In this document: positions 36,703 through 49,502 of the stretch, piece by piece
How positions within the stretch are numbered: the stretch's first letter is position 1
Layout of the letters: each line of letters begins with the position of its first letter
Source of the DNA: Dimorphilus gyrociliatus
Lineage: Eukaryota; Animalia; Annelida
Reading direction: 5' to 3'
DNA length: 64,000 nt
NCBI GenBank assembly: GCA_904063045.1
Contig: CAJFCJ010000019.1
Span: 1,937,700-2,001,699, forward strand
Notes under the pieces: generated by a model
What the model saw: only the letters and a program-made list of their open reading frames with translations
What the model was told of the DNA's origin: nothing
Database searches by the model: none
Program-made: the position numbers and the translations under genes

Positions 36703-38462
36703 ATGACTCGCCTCCCGCCTTCTTCCATACATTTTATGGATGCTAGTAAAGAACCTGGACTGCTCTCACCATGTACAAGATGCGACGTTATCGAAGCCTT
36801 CTCAAGGAAAAGTGACCACTTAAAAGTACAAGTTGTTGAAAAGGATGGCTTACTATATACTTTAAATAATTCAACACTAGACCTTTGCCGGAATCTTGAG
36901 GAACGGGGATATTTGGCCAAGGTTAAAGTTGACATAATACGCTGCTCTAACGTTCCAACACCATTGCTAAACTTGATGAATCCTCCAAAAGAATCGGCAC
37001 CGAAATGTAAGTTTTAGTCACGAACCTAATTTACATATGTAATCGCGTTTAGCCTTTAATAGAACCGCTCCGTCACGGTAGCAAATGGAAAAAAACCGTC
37101 TCTTTTCGACGGCCAGAATCACGTTAACGCCTGCCAAAAGCCGCATTGTATAGAAGCAGTTGGTAGAAAATAAAAAAAGGGATATTTTTTTGCGGAGTAT
37201 TGCTGTACTTTTACAGTAGACTGTAGAAAAAAAACGTTATTACAAACACGTTTGCCTTAATTTATTTCCCCTTATCATTCCACCAATTTTCACACTTGTT
37301 TTCACTTCCTTAGAGGTTATCTGTAATTCATTTAAAAGGTAATAAATTCTAGTTTTAATTGAAAATTTGTTGGCCCAAAAGCTGGAGGTTAAAATATTAA
37401 AACGTAAAAACAAAAGAGAAAACGCCAAAATGCTTATTGATAAAGAAATAGAAATGAAAAGCGAAGCATAATATCATTCCTTCTCAGGATAAAAACGGCA
37501 ATGTTTATACGGAACGATTGAGCTCGATTGTTGATAAATAATTATACGATTATTCGATGAGAAATCGATGGAAACGCTTTTTTTCGCGTCTCTAATCAAT
37601 ACTTTCTGCCGTTTTCTACCGAAAGACCGTTTCTATAGATACACGTGTTTTTTTCGTACGTACGTTTAAGATCATCTTTAAGGCCTATAAGCTAAAAATA
37701 TGTCCATTACTATGTAATTTCATGTTATTCTTTCATGTTAATGTTCATTAAACATTTATATATAAAAAAAATACTAGGACTATTTATGCAAAGAGATTAA
37801 CACCATGAAATGGCTAGAAAGGAACGTATTTTCTCTTTTTCCTGACAGTCAAGTTCGTCACTGTTATAAATAGATTGGTATACCGAAAAATATTTCATAC
37901 AATATACATTGTATACATTTTGTCGTCAGTATAGTATAAAGGCTTTGTGATATTCTTTCTCTCTATCTCTCTATGTATTCTTACAGTAAAGCAGTGCGTG
38001 AACGTCACTTCTAAAGGATATCAAAGATTGCCGAAGGACGAAATCGAATTGGAAGAGAATGAGAATGAGGCAGATGACGAATTTAGTAATTACGACGATG
38101 AAGACGAAGACGACAATGATGATGATGACGGTGACGAAGATGACGAAGAGGATGACGACGACACCGATGACGATGATGGTAATGAAGAAGAGGATTACAT
38201 TTTTGACGATGAAGATGAGGAGGCGGAGATATATGAAGACGAATACGAAGATGGTGAAATAGAAGACGGCGAAAGTAGAGATGTGGACAAAGATGATATG
38301 TCAGATTCTCAGGCCACTTATTCAGGTAAACAGTAATAAAATGTATAATAAAAAAAATACCATAAAGTTAAAATATTTCTTATAGAATTTGATTCAACTG
38401 ACTGCGAAGAGAGGGCGTCTAGTGAAGAGGAGAGAGGAAATGAAACTGATTCTCTGCTGTGA
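36703..38462 (+). CDS. Uncharacterised 239-aa protein: about 100-aa globular domain plus very long Asp/Glu tract; exons 36703-37006, 37987-38325, 38386-38462
   Basis: Three exons join in phase (1,1) with canonical GT-AG sites; N-terminal domain loosely ParB/sulfiredoxin-like. Confidence 0.75.
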
Positions 38463-38696
38463 TTTTTCCATTCCCTAATTGCATACGTCTTCCTATTCAT
38501 TTCCTCCTCGATGAAAAGAGACTTACTAGCTTCTACACGGAGAGAGGACTTTTTTGTTGAATTCCCTCTATATATGTACAGTATAATGATATAAATAAAT
38601 AAATCTATACGATTATCAATTGAAGAAGGCAACTATACAAAAAATGAAGAGAGTACAACACCTCTATAGTTGTTAAATTGAGGAAAAATACCAATT

Positions 38697-38738
<42 letters not shown>

Positions 38739-39483
38739 AAGAAATATGATAAATACTCAGAAGAGTATGTTATCAAAACTCACCATAGGATGAGAACGTA
38801 TGATCCTGTCTTCCCTTTTCCCTCCCCCCATATCCTTCTGATATATAAAGTAAGCAAAAAAAAATACGAGAAAAAAAGCTAAGGCGATTATAGAATAATG
38901 ATAAACAGATTGGTTGGAAAAGAGAGATGAAAATCAATAATAAAACCTTTTAATAACATTTTCGCATTTGTTACCGTCTTTTGTAAATAAACACTTAAAT
39001 AAACCTTGTCAAGTTTTCCCTATAGATTTTCACTGATTGTCGTAAAAGATTTCAATTACTAATTAATAATCGAAAGTTTTATTAAGGACAAAAGTAAAAA
39101 AAAATGTATATAAAGTGAAAAGGAAAGAGAGAGAGAGAGAGGGCGAGAGAGAAGAATTGTGGGAGGGAGGTAAAGAGAAAGAGAGAAAAAAGAAAAATAA
39201 AAAAATATCTACAATTTATACGAGTTTTAACAGAATATGCAATAATGACGATTATAATAACAGTTATGGTTATAATAAGAGACGCAATCGAAAGTGACGT
39301 CATTCTAACCACAGGCAAATCAGCTTATGATTACAAGGACAAACAAAAAAAACTATTGTGAAAGGGTTGAAACAAGAGGGAATTATTTTAGACATTGAAT
39401 TAAATTGGATAACTATTAAATACCAAAATTTTATTACGTCATATTCACCATTAGCAATAGCTTAGAAATTACTTTTGTAGGTT

Positions 39484-39520
<37 letters not shown>

Positions 39521-41284
39521 TCCCCTCTTTACATCCATCTATATACATATACACACACACACCTATAGATATATCTATTAATATATATATATATATATAC
39601 ATGTTACTTTTGTAATTTTTCTTTGTTTCATTAATAATTCAATTGTAAATAAAATCCAAACAAAAAATGAGAAAAGGAAGGATAACCTAGAGAGACGAAT
39701 TAATGTAATACAAATCGTTACTTTTCTTTCCTACAAGATTAAGACTTTTACAATTTATTGTTTCATCTTTCAATATTTGCAATTAAACTTTTTTTCATTC
39801 GTTATCAATTAGCCTAAGTAACATTTTATGATTGAAAAGGTAATGTATAATAATAATAATAGCTATTGTTTTCCAGGAAGACGGCTAATACAAAGAAAAA
39901 ACTGGTACTTAAATTTTTTGAATATTAATAAAATTATAGAGCTTAGTTTTATAATATTCCTATAAATAGCAACTTTTACTATTATGATTACATTCATAAC
40001 CAAAGACAACGTAATCAACAGAGTTAAGGCTATCATCAGACGACACGCCATCTATTTCTTAAAGTATAAACTAAAAAAAAAAAGAATTCCTTCTTTCCCC
40101 ATTGACTTCTTTCATTCTATATAGTTTGTAAAGTAACTAAAAAAAACTGTTTATTATTAGTATTAAATGGTATGGAAATATTTATAATAACATAAATCCC
40201 ATTTTTAGATTTTTAGCGTGTATTCGCTAAAACAGAATGAAGAATACACTAGATATTTTTAATTAAAATTAATCACATGAGAATGAATCAATATGTCTAT
40301 AAATAAACAGATATTATTTCTTTACTATACTATATATTTATACAAATTAAAAAGTAAAACAGGAAATAGATAGTTGTCTATTCCGCGCCCTTCTCTTCCT
40401 CATTTTCACCAATTCCCTTGTCTTTAATCTATGTATAGTATCTATTTTTTTTCAATTCCTTACTACTTCCTATCTCCCTTTCCCCCTTCCTCCTCTGCCA
40501 CTATAATTTCATGTTTTTTTTTAACCATTTTACAATCTATTTAATATTGCTATTATGTATAATAGGCTTAATATAGTAGTTGTTAATAAAAAAAAATGTG
40601 CCCAATGCCTAAAAAGGGTAATAACCTGAATACATGGCATGACTCTAAAACGTTCAATACATAGGGATATTGTGTACTGACATATATATATATTGTACAG
40701 ATATAGGCTGATTGACCTAGTCAATACTATACTATACACCTGGAGAGAATAAATTTTGTCCCATCTAGGTAGTTTGCTGTTGATTGCGTATAAAATATGG
40801 AATAAAATTTACATGTAATTTTTTTAACACTTTTTAAATATCCATCAGCAAATAACGATGCTCATTTTGTGGCTTTAAAGAGAGTCACATAGAGATAGAA
40901 ATAGAAAAACAGTGAGAGAGAGAGAAACAGAGACAGAGACTGATAAACGACGTAAAAATTATCTCCTATTCAGTTTTTTCTCCACATTTTTCCTTTCTGA
41001 TATTTGTCACTCCATCATTCTTCCTTCCTCTACGAAAACTATCTAATTCCTCCCAAGGTAATTTATATAAATTGTTGAATTAATAATTACAAATAATTGG
41101 ACAGGTAAAAAAAGGGGTAAAGAATGAAAAGAGTAGGAAATAAATTCCAAAAATACTAATTTATTAATCTCTTTTTATTAGGTTTATATTTTATAACAAT
41201 TGTTATTTTATTACTATATTTTCTTTTTAAAAAAAAACAGATTAATTAATAAATTAATAACTTAAGAGGAAGAACTAAAGGAGA

Positions 41285-44200
41285 ATGTCAAGCAATAAGG
41301 GAACTGGAGGAGGAATTGTTGGATATTTAAAAAGGAAAGTTTCCAGGGTTTCCGATAAGGTAGGCTACTTTAAGAACGAGACGAGATACTTGAATAAAGC
41401 GTTTTTTTTCTTCTTTTTACTTTTGATCATTATAATTATTCTTTATCTTTTAAAAATAGGAATCGGACAAGAATAAATTGGAGGAGAGCAGCGAGAAAGA
41501 TCCAAACGAAAGAGAGGAATGGGGGCATCCTGCCGAATTTATACTATCTTGTTTGGGGTATGCTGTCGGCTTGGGTAATATATGGAGATTTCCATATTTG
41601 TGTTACGAGAACGGAGGAGGAGCCTTCCTAATACCTTACTTTATAATGTTGACGTTTGTGGGTATTCCGGTATTTTTTATCGAATTATCCGTAGCCCAAT
41701 ACTCAGGAGTAGGAGCGATAGGAGTATGGGCGGCATCGCCCCTATTTCAAGGTAATAAATAGAAAAAAAAGGAAGGAGATTAAAAGAAATTAGTAGGGAA
41801 TAAAGTTTTAGCCAATTTATCATCTAATTTTCTAACCACTTATCATCATCAAAAGGTGTCGGTTTAGGTATGTTGATTATATCATTTATTGGATTAACCT
41901 ATTATAACGTCGTAATTACTTGGTCGCTGCATTATTTATTCGCAAGCTTCAATTCGAAATTACCTTGGGATGGTTGCCAAAACGATTTTAACACGAACAG
42001 TAAGGGAATTATTTATCATTTTATTAGTTAAAGTTAATTTAAAAATCTATCATATATAACTCGTAATCTTTTTTGTAGATTGCTATTCAAAAAATGAAGC
42101 TAAAGATTGCGAAAATGATAAAGGATTATGGATAAATAGAACATGCTATAATAAAACTGTAATAAATTCTTACGACTATACCTGCTGGAGAAATTCTACA
42201 AATACTACCGGAACTTATACGTTTAATACAACATGTAATAGTTTACAAGAAACTTACGAAGATAATCTAAAGTTTATTACCTATCCAAGTAAAGAATATT
42301 GGAGGTAATTGATGATTTCCCTAAGTAAAATAATGCATGATAGGTGGCGCTTCAGGTATTAAAATAATTAAATGAGGCGTTGATTTGTTCTCTTGTCTTT
42401 ATTTAATAAATTAGCAGTTCCCATTTATAGAGTCTATTAAGGCTAAAAGTTATTTATTTTCTTCCCATCAGTATTAAATAGTTTCTCATGTTGTTTATAA
42501 TAGATAAGATAATGGTACTCTAACTCCTTACAGGAATAAAGTTTTACGTATATCCGATACAATGTCTGAAACTGGGAACGTCCAATGGGATTTATGTTTA
42601 GTTCTACTGCTTTCGTGGATTATTGTTTATTTGTGTGTAATAAGGGGAATTAAATCGTCAGGGAAGGTGGTGTATTTTACCGCTACATTTCCCTACGTTG
42701 TTTTGCTTATTCTCTTCTTTCGAGCCGTTACATTAGACGGTGCGGGTGACGGGATTAAGTATTACCTTTCACCACAATGGGAAAAGTTAGCAACACCTAA
42801 AGTAATATTAAGACATATTCAAAAAATCTGTATTTGTTTTATAATTGTACTATGTGTTGTTCATTAGGTTTGGGCGGACGCCGCTGGACAGATATTCTTT
42901 TCTTTAAGCGTTGGAATGGGAGGCCTAATGACTTACGCAAGCTATAATAAGTTTAATAATAATGTCTATAGGTAAGATAATTAATTTTCTTAGCTTTAAT
43001 TTCTCCTTTTGATTATATACAGTATATAGTACTTTCTATATATATATATAAAGTACAGTATATACAATCGTTTCATCCTTTCATCTATACCGCAAATACA
43101 TATATAAAAACACTCAATCTCTTCCTTTTTTTCTTCTCTTCTCGCCGATCTATCTTCTAAACAAATAATAGAGACGCCTTATTCGTATCCATTGCGAATT
43201 GTGCAACTAGTTTTTTTGCTGGATTTGTCGTCTTCCCAAGTCTTGGTTTCATAGCTCGGGAATTAAATACAACTGTTGAAAAAGTTGCTGACGATTCCGG
43301 TTCCGGTTTAGCTTTCGTTGTTTATCCAGAAATTCTAACACGATTACCAATTCCACAATTTTGGGGTATACTCTTCTTTGCCATGCTATTGACGCTCGGT
43401 CTTGACAGTCAGGTAAGGTAATTTAAGGAAAACGAAAGCATATAGACTCTCCGTAATTTCTTATCGTTCTTAATACCTTTTCTTTTCTTTTTTTTATAAT
43501 ATAAACTGTCAACAGTTTGCGGGACTAGAAGCCGTTATGACAGCAATTGTAGATGTATTACCAAGACTCAGGAAATTTAAATATATAGTTGCTGGAATTT
43601 TATCGATAGTAGTTTTCTTTATAAGTTTGCCGATGACGACAAACGTAAGTTGTTTGTTTTGTGTTGTTGTTGTTGTTTTTCTTCTAACGTAAATCAATTA
43701 AAAAGTAATTTTTAATAAGCTTATTGGCTGTTTGATAAAAAAGAAAAGCAAGAGAATTAATAATGTAATTTGCTTTTATTATCTAGGCGGGATTCTATTG
43801 GGAAGAATTAGTAAGTTATTATGGTGCCGGATGGTCATTAATATTAATTGGTTTGTGTGAAGTTATGATATTTGGTTGGATCTACGGCGCTAAAAGACTA
43901 ATTGGAGATATTGAGGAGATGTTGGGAACGAGGATGCGAAATCCTTATTGGTGGATTTGTTGGTATGCCATTACTCCACTTCTACTACTGGTAAAGACTT
44001 CCCATTAATAATCTTTTTATTCGCTTGTTTACTCCTTTAATAATCTTTTTATCAGGCAATCTTAATAGTCAATTGTATACAATTTGAACCACTGGAGGTC
44101 GGAGATTATAAACTACCCGATTGGGCGCAAGGCTTGGGTTGGTGTATGGCAATTGTATCCGTCTTAGTCATACCGATTGTGGCAGTTTCGACATTATTTT

Positions 44201-44442
44201 TTACGTATTATTTTAAAGATCCAAAATTTCAAGATTTAACATTTATAGGAAGAGTTATAAAATTAACAAAACCCTCTGAAGATTGGAAAACGTCCATTGA
44301 ACGATATAAAAGATCAAAGAGTGTAACTACTATAGATGAATATAAACTTGAGGAAAAACAAGAAAATCGGAGAGAAATAAGCGTAGATAAATCAAAAGAT
44401 GGTGGTATAGGAAATCCAGCTTTTATCGGATCACAAATCTAA
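41285..44442 (+). CDS. SLC6 sodium/chloride-dependent amino-acid-type transporter, 10 exons
   Basis: REEW...[74 protein letters not shown]; all exons in frame. Gly in TM1 indicates amino-acid rather than monoamine type. Confidence 0.95.
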
Positions 44443-47400
44443 TCTTTCCACCCTTTTTTTTTTTAAAAAAATAAACTTTCCTTTACTTTTTTTTTAATTT
44501 TCTCTATACCTTACTAAAATCTTCAATTCATTTTGCAGTATACCAGTATATACAGTATATATTATATACAGATTTATAACATATAAATTTATATAAATAT
44601 CGTAGAAATAGATAACTTAGCTCTTCTTATATAAAGATAAAGTATAGTATATAGCACTATAATTTTTTTCTCTTTCTCTCTTTTTCTCTTTCGTTCGCTT
44701 TCTTACTCTTATGCAAATCTATTCTATCCCTCTGTTCTCTTTCTGATTTCTTTCATTCCTTAGTAATTTTCTATGCATGTATATTTTGTGAAAATAAAAA
44801 GAAATAGAAAAAAAAACAATACCGGAAGCAGTTAAAAAAGAAAATGCTTACAGATTTGATGTTTGTTTATTTTTTTTTTTCAAAAGTTTCCGTTTCACTT
44901 TGTCGGTGGCGACACCAAGTTGGAAAATATAACGAAAAAGAAAGTATCTTTTAAAGCGTAGTTCTGTGAATAGCTGTAAAGAGAAAAAAGTTTTTTTATA
45001 TGTAAAAAAAAGGAAATAGAATAATTAAACTATTCCTTTTTAATATTTGATAAAAGAATAATAACAATGAAAAGTTAGATTATAAATTATAAATAGGGTG
45101 TGGGTGGAGAGAGGGATGGACAAGATTGGAAGGATAAAAAAGAAACGGATACAAAAAGATGGAGATGTTAGAGTGGGAGGGGGGAGGGGGGAGGGGAGGG
45201 AATGAAAGAGGGCGGGAAGGGAGGGATTGAGAGTAGAAATCTCTAAAAGGGAGGAATAATGAATAGAATGATTGAATAAAAAGTAGAAGAAAAAAAGATC
45301 ATAAAATCCGTACTGTTAGTCTTTCTTGCTATATTTACCTTTTTGAAAATCCCAGACGAATCTCTCGAGCAGGTATAAAATCAATATTCCTTTTCCCACT
45401 CCGTAAAAAAAAGATTAAAGGAATTTCATTTAATACGCATTATACTGTGGGCGAATCGAAGCGATAACGACAGCTTTGTAGTAGATATTACCTCTACTAC
45501 AGCTCTACTATTTTGTACCCAACTAAATAGACAAGTTAGAAGATTGACACCTTCCTTATCTAAGGTCTTTCCTTCCACCAGAAATTGAAAATTACAAGGA
45601 TAAACTCTCTTCTGCCCTTTTACCGACAAACTTCTTGTAAACTATTGTTATTTCCTAACGGGAAATTATCTCATATTTTCAAAAAATGTCAATTACTTCT
45701 TTAGGCAATATTTAACCAAGGTAATTTTCACACGTGGAATTGGAATCTTTCGGCCATGAGAGATTACGAAATAAATGAAAATCTAAACGGACTAAAGCTG
45801 TTTTCTGTTTGGAAAGAGAAGAGGGAAGTGGAAAGAGAAGAAGGGTGGGGCGAAGAGCGAAGAGAAGAAAAGATGGGGCAAAAAGTACCGGATTAAACGA
45901 AATGTTTTATCAAGATTATTCCTCTTATATGTTTCCTATTTTGATTTGTTTTTCTTACCCAAGATATCATAGTCTTTGTGAGCTAGATGGCGTTACAAAC
46001 GTCACGCCAAATGTATAAAATACCAATATTTACATAGACAAACAGTTCGTTCGAAAATTAACTGCAGCTGGCAATATAGGTGATTAAATCACGGAAATAA
46101 ATAACTCGCCTTCTACCCCCGTAACATGGCTTTAATTATCCATAATTAAATAGGATAAAGAACTCACTTAAACCAGCACCTGTATTTACAGTAGCCTCTA
46201 CCGCTGATCCAATAGACGCCGACGAAAATTGAATTAATCCTAAGACGGAACTCTCCTCCCTTTGCAAATCTATGCGCCCATATGCCGACAATCGATTGAA
46301 ACAATTTTTCTCCAGAACATAAAACAGAGCTATAGATAGGGGCAGAGAAAAGAAACAAAGCAAAAGATAGACTTAATGCACAAATTTTCGCGTATTATAC
46401 AAGTAAATAAAAGGAAGATGGATTGCATAAAAAGAATAATGAAAGATAGTGAATGAATGAACGAATGGGTTGTTGGTAATTCAGAGAAAGAATGTATTAA
46501 AAAAAAAAGGAGATTCTAAGACGAGACAGACTGATAGAATTGAGAGGAAAAGAGAGACAGAGAGGCAGAGAGACAGAAAGAAATGACTAGGGTAGAAGAG
46601 GATAGAGAATTAAAGGTAGAGAAGGAAAGGATAGAGGAGCAAAGGTTAGATAGAGAGACAGAATTAGAGAAAAAAGAGATCGAAAGAACGAATAAGAGAG
46701 GGAAAAACGGAGACATATAGAAAATGAGACTGTACTAGAGACAGAGTGAGAGAGAGGGAGAGAAAGCGAAAGAGCGACTTAGGCAGAGAATGAAAGATTA
46801 TTACGGGGGGAAAGCGGGAGGGAGAATGAATAGAAGAGGAAAAGGTGGTGGGATATGAATAAAATTAAAACTAAGAAGAAAATCTTTTCCTATCATTTTC
46901 GGTTATCCTCAGGCCTATCTTACTATTTATTTATTTTATAACAAACGTGTTCCGGGGGTAAGCCAGAAACTTTGCACCGCAAAGTATATATAATACAGTA
47001 CAAAGTTTCGATTGTTGGCGTTCTCTTTCCAGTCCGTATATCTGCATTAACGAGCGCATTTTATAGACATATGTCTTGTAGAAACGGCTAGCTAAACCGC
47101 CTAGATTTGCCATTAAGCACGTATCATCTTTTCCGATTGATACCAAAGAAGAAAAGAATAAATATATTCCTACGGATAGTAACCGAAAAAGCGTCACTTT
47201 TTTCAATCATCCCAGTCTTGGTCTCTTTCCCCTTCACCCTTTCCTTTCTTTGTATTAAACACTTTCAATAATTGACACCTTCTAGCGTTTGGCGAATTCA
47301 AAGTTAAAAGGAAAAAAGCAAATTCCCTCGCTTGATTATCTACCTGACCTCATCATAACCCCGTTATACTAAACGTAGTAAAAGTTTTACTTGTAGTATA

Positions 47401-47701
47401 CATGGCCTAGGGCGTTTTTAATTAGCGTCTTATTGTTTTTACAGCGTCGTTTATGAGGCGCGCTGATTAAAGGCGTCTGCAAAATGTCGGCAGTCCTGTC
47501 ATCTCATATTGAATATAGGACAAATTTTTTCTACGTAATTAATGACGACGTCCGACCGTTATAATCGTTTATCTAAGCGAATTGAATACCGATTAACGGG
47601 GGAGCAGTTGCGCAAATAAACACACCGCATTCATTCGAAATAATTAGATTTTTATAAATAGATATTTTCTTTTCTATTCTTTTTTTTTGACTCCCATCAC
47701 A

Positions 47702-47715
47702 GTGCCATCTGGCGG
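47702..47715 (-). promoter_or_regulatory. CTCF-like site CCGCCAGATGGCAC (strongest of about 10 in the window)
   Basis: Matches the CTCF core CCRSYAGRKGGCRS. Confidence 0.55.
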
Positions 47716-48041
47716 TCTGTTCTCTATTGGTTTTAACAAGGAGAAAAAAAAGTCGTTTACTCTTTCCGGTTCAACCGTCTTCAATCTCTTTTCGACTATA
47801 AAATATGATATACACCTATAGCGCGAAAATTCTGCAACGGAAAAATATTCCCTTTCCTACCCTACGGTCGGAATGGGGGGTAAATTGACAATAACGATGA
47901 CGATCGAGCTTCGGGCGACTTTTTCTCATCTGGACGCTGTCAAGCGCTAATTCGTCAGATCGCCGTCTCCACTCTTGCTCCTTTTAGATCTTTTTTTTCT
48001 CAGTTTTTTCTAGGTCACACAGACCCCATTGCCTATAATAG

Positions 48042-49196
48042 TTAGGCGTCTAACGAGTGGACGCTTAATCGTTGCCCTACCGTCCTTAATTCGTATAAAG
48101 AGTCCATTTCACTAGGTCGTCTTCCGACTATACCTCGTCCAGGGCAGCAGCAGCAACAGCAAGTAAATCTGGGTAAACGTCTGTTGGGTCGCGCCACTTT
48201 TATTCGAAGCAATCGGATGAAGGCGAGTCGAAAATCCCGATTGAAGAAAGCGTAGATGAGAGGATTAAGGGCGGAATTAAAGTAGCCTACCCAAAAGAGG
48301 ATAGCGACCACAATTTGAGGAGTATGACAAGTATCGCACATGGTCGAGGATACGTACCAAAGGAAAAAGGGTACCCAACAGGCTAAAAAAGCGCCCATAA
48401 TGAGACCTAGAGTCTTGGCAGCCTTGTGCTCTTTTTTCATCCTCTTTTGTTCCTGCCTTGACGAAGGTGAACCTCCTCCATTTTGAAAAGTTAATGAATG
48501 GATATTTTTCTCTTGTCTCCTAGCTTCCTTGTAAATTTTGGCGTAAACGAAAAGCATAATTACGGACGGTATCCAAAATGAGATGGAAGATGAGACGGCG
48601 CAATAGGCCTTATTCGCTACAAAATTGCACTCGTCTGTTCGATTGTTCCAGTTCAAACGTTCTTCGACTGTTGTATACCAGCCTAACTGCACAGGGCCAT
48701 GAGATATAAGGACGGCTGCGGTCCAAACACAACTGAGCATTAGTCCTACTCTCCTCTTAGTCATTTTTGATTCGTAATGGAAAGGATCCGTTATGGCAAT
48801 GTATCTATCCATTGATATACAACACAAATGTAAAATTGAAGCAGTTGAGAAGAGAACATCGTTTCCGTTGAAAATATCGCACACTACACGTCCGAATATC
48901 CACTTTCCGGCTATTACTTGAGAGGCGTTGAACGGCATGACGAAAACGGCTACTAGAAGATCGGCGAAAGCTAACGAGACAATAAAAGAATTGGCGACAG
49001 TCTTTAATCTTTCAAATTTTAGCACGGCTACTATGACTAGTATATTGCCAATTATCGCCAATAAGATAACAGTGAGCATGGCAAAACTTTGTAGAACTAT
49101 GGCATAAATAGGTCCAGATTCTCCGCTACTCTCATCTGTTTCGATTGTTAGAAGATTATAAGTAAAGTTACCGTCCGACCGACCGATAACCTCCAT
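48042..49196 (-). CDS. OctbetaR: Beta-adrenergic-like octopamine receptor, single coding exon
   Basis: FNGNDVLFSTASILHLCCISMDRY, EHKAAKTLGLIMGAF..CW.PFFLWY, FW.GYFNSALNPLIYA; first ATG at 49196 (the ORF track starts at GTG 49232). Confidence 0.9.
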   Translation of the reverse strand: MEVIGRSDGNFTYNLLTIETDESSGESGPIYAIVLQSFAMLTVILLAIIGNILVIVAVLKFERLKTVANSFIVSLAFADLLVAVFVMPFNASQVIAGKWIFGRVVCDIFNGNDVLFSTASILHLCCISMDRYIAITDPFHYESKMTKRRVGLMLSCVWTAAVLISHGPVQLGWYTTVEERLNWNNRTDECNFVANKAYCAVSSSISFWIPSVIMLFVYAKIYKEARRQEKNIHSLTFQNGGGSPSSRQEQKRMKKEHKAAKTLGLIMGAFLACWVPFFLWYVSSTMCDTCHTPQIVVAILFWVGYFNSALNPLIYAFFNRDFRLAFIRLLRIKVARPNRRLPRFTCCCCCCPGRGIVGRRPSEMDSLYELRTVGQRLSVHSLDA

Positions 49197-49461
49197 TCGG
49201 AACGACTGCAAATCTTCGTGTGAAAACGCCACCTGCCGACCGTAAAACTTTTTTCTGCCGCTTTCCCTGTTTTTTCTCTTTTATATCCAGTTCCAAAAAA
49301 ATTTACCCTGTCCTTTATTTCTTTTTAATTTCTCTCTTCTTTTCTATTTGTTCTCTTAGCCCTCTTTCCTTTCTCTTTCTCTTTTTCTTTCTATCCTATC
49401 CCCCTCTCACTTTTTCTAAGCATAAGGCTCTTTTCTATTGCTTTCGCTCTCTCCTTTGCTT

Positions 49462-49465
<4 letters not shown>

Positions 49466-49500
<35 letters not shown>
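49466..49500. repeat. (CT)n microsatellite upstream of the octopamine receptor CDS
   Basis: Direct dinucleotide run. Confidence 0.9.

Positions 49501-49502
<2 letters not shown>

Noticed and set aside
46931-47206. 91-aa minus-strand ORF
   Set aside because: TTG start, no family motif; likely UTR or regulatory sequence.
47554-47565. 12-nt match to miR-2001 as recalled (GACCGTTATAAT); similar partial matches to miR-9 near 39995 and miR-87 near 46967
   Set aside because: The full mature sequences do not match (seed absent, or match ends after about 11 nt) and no supporting precursor was seen.
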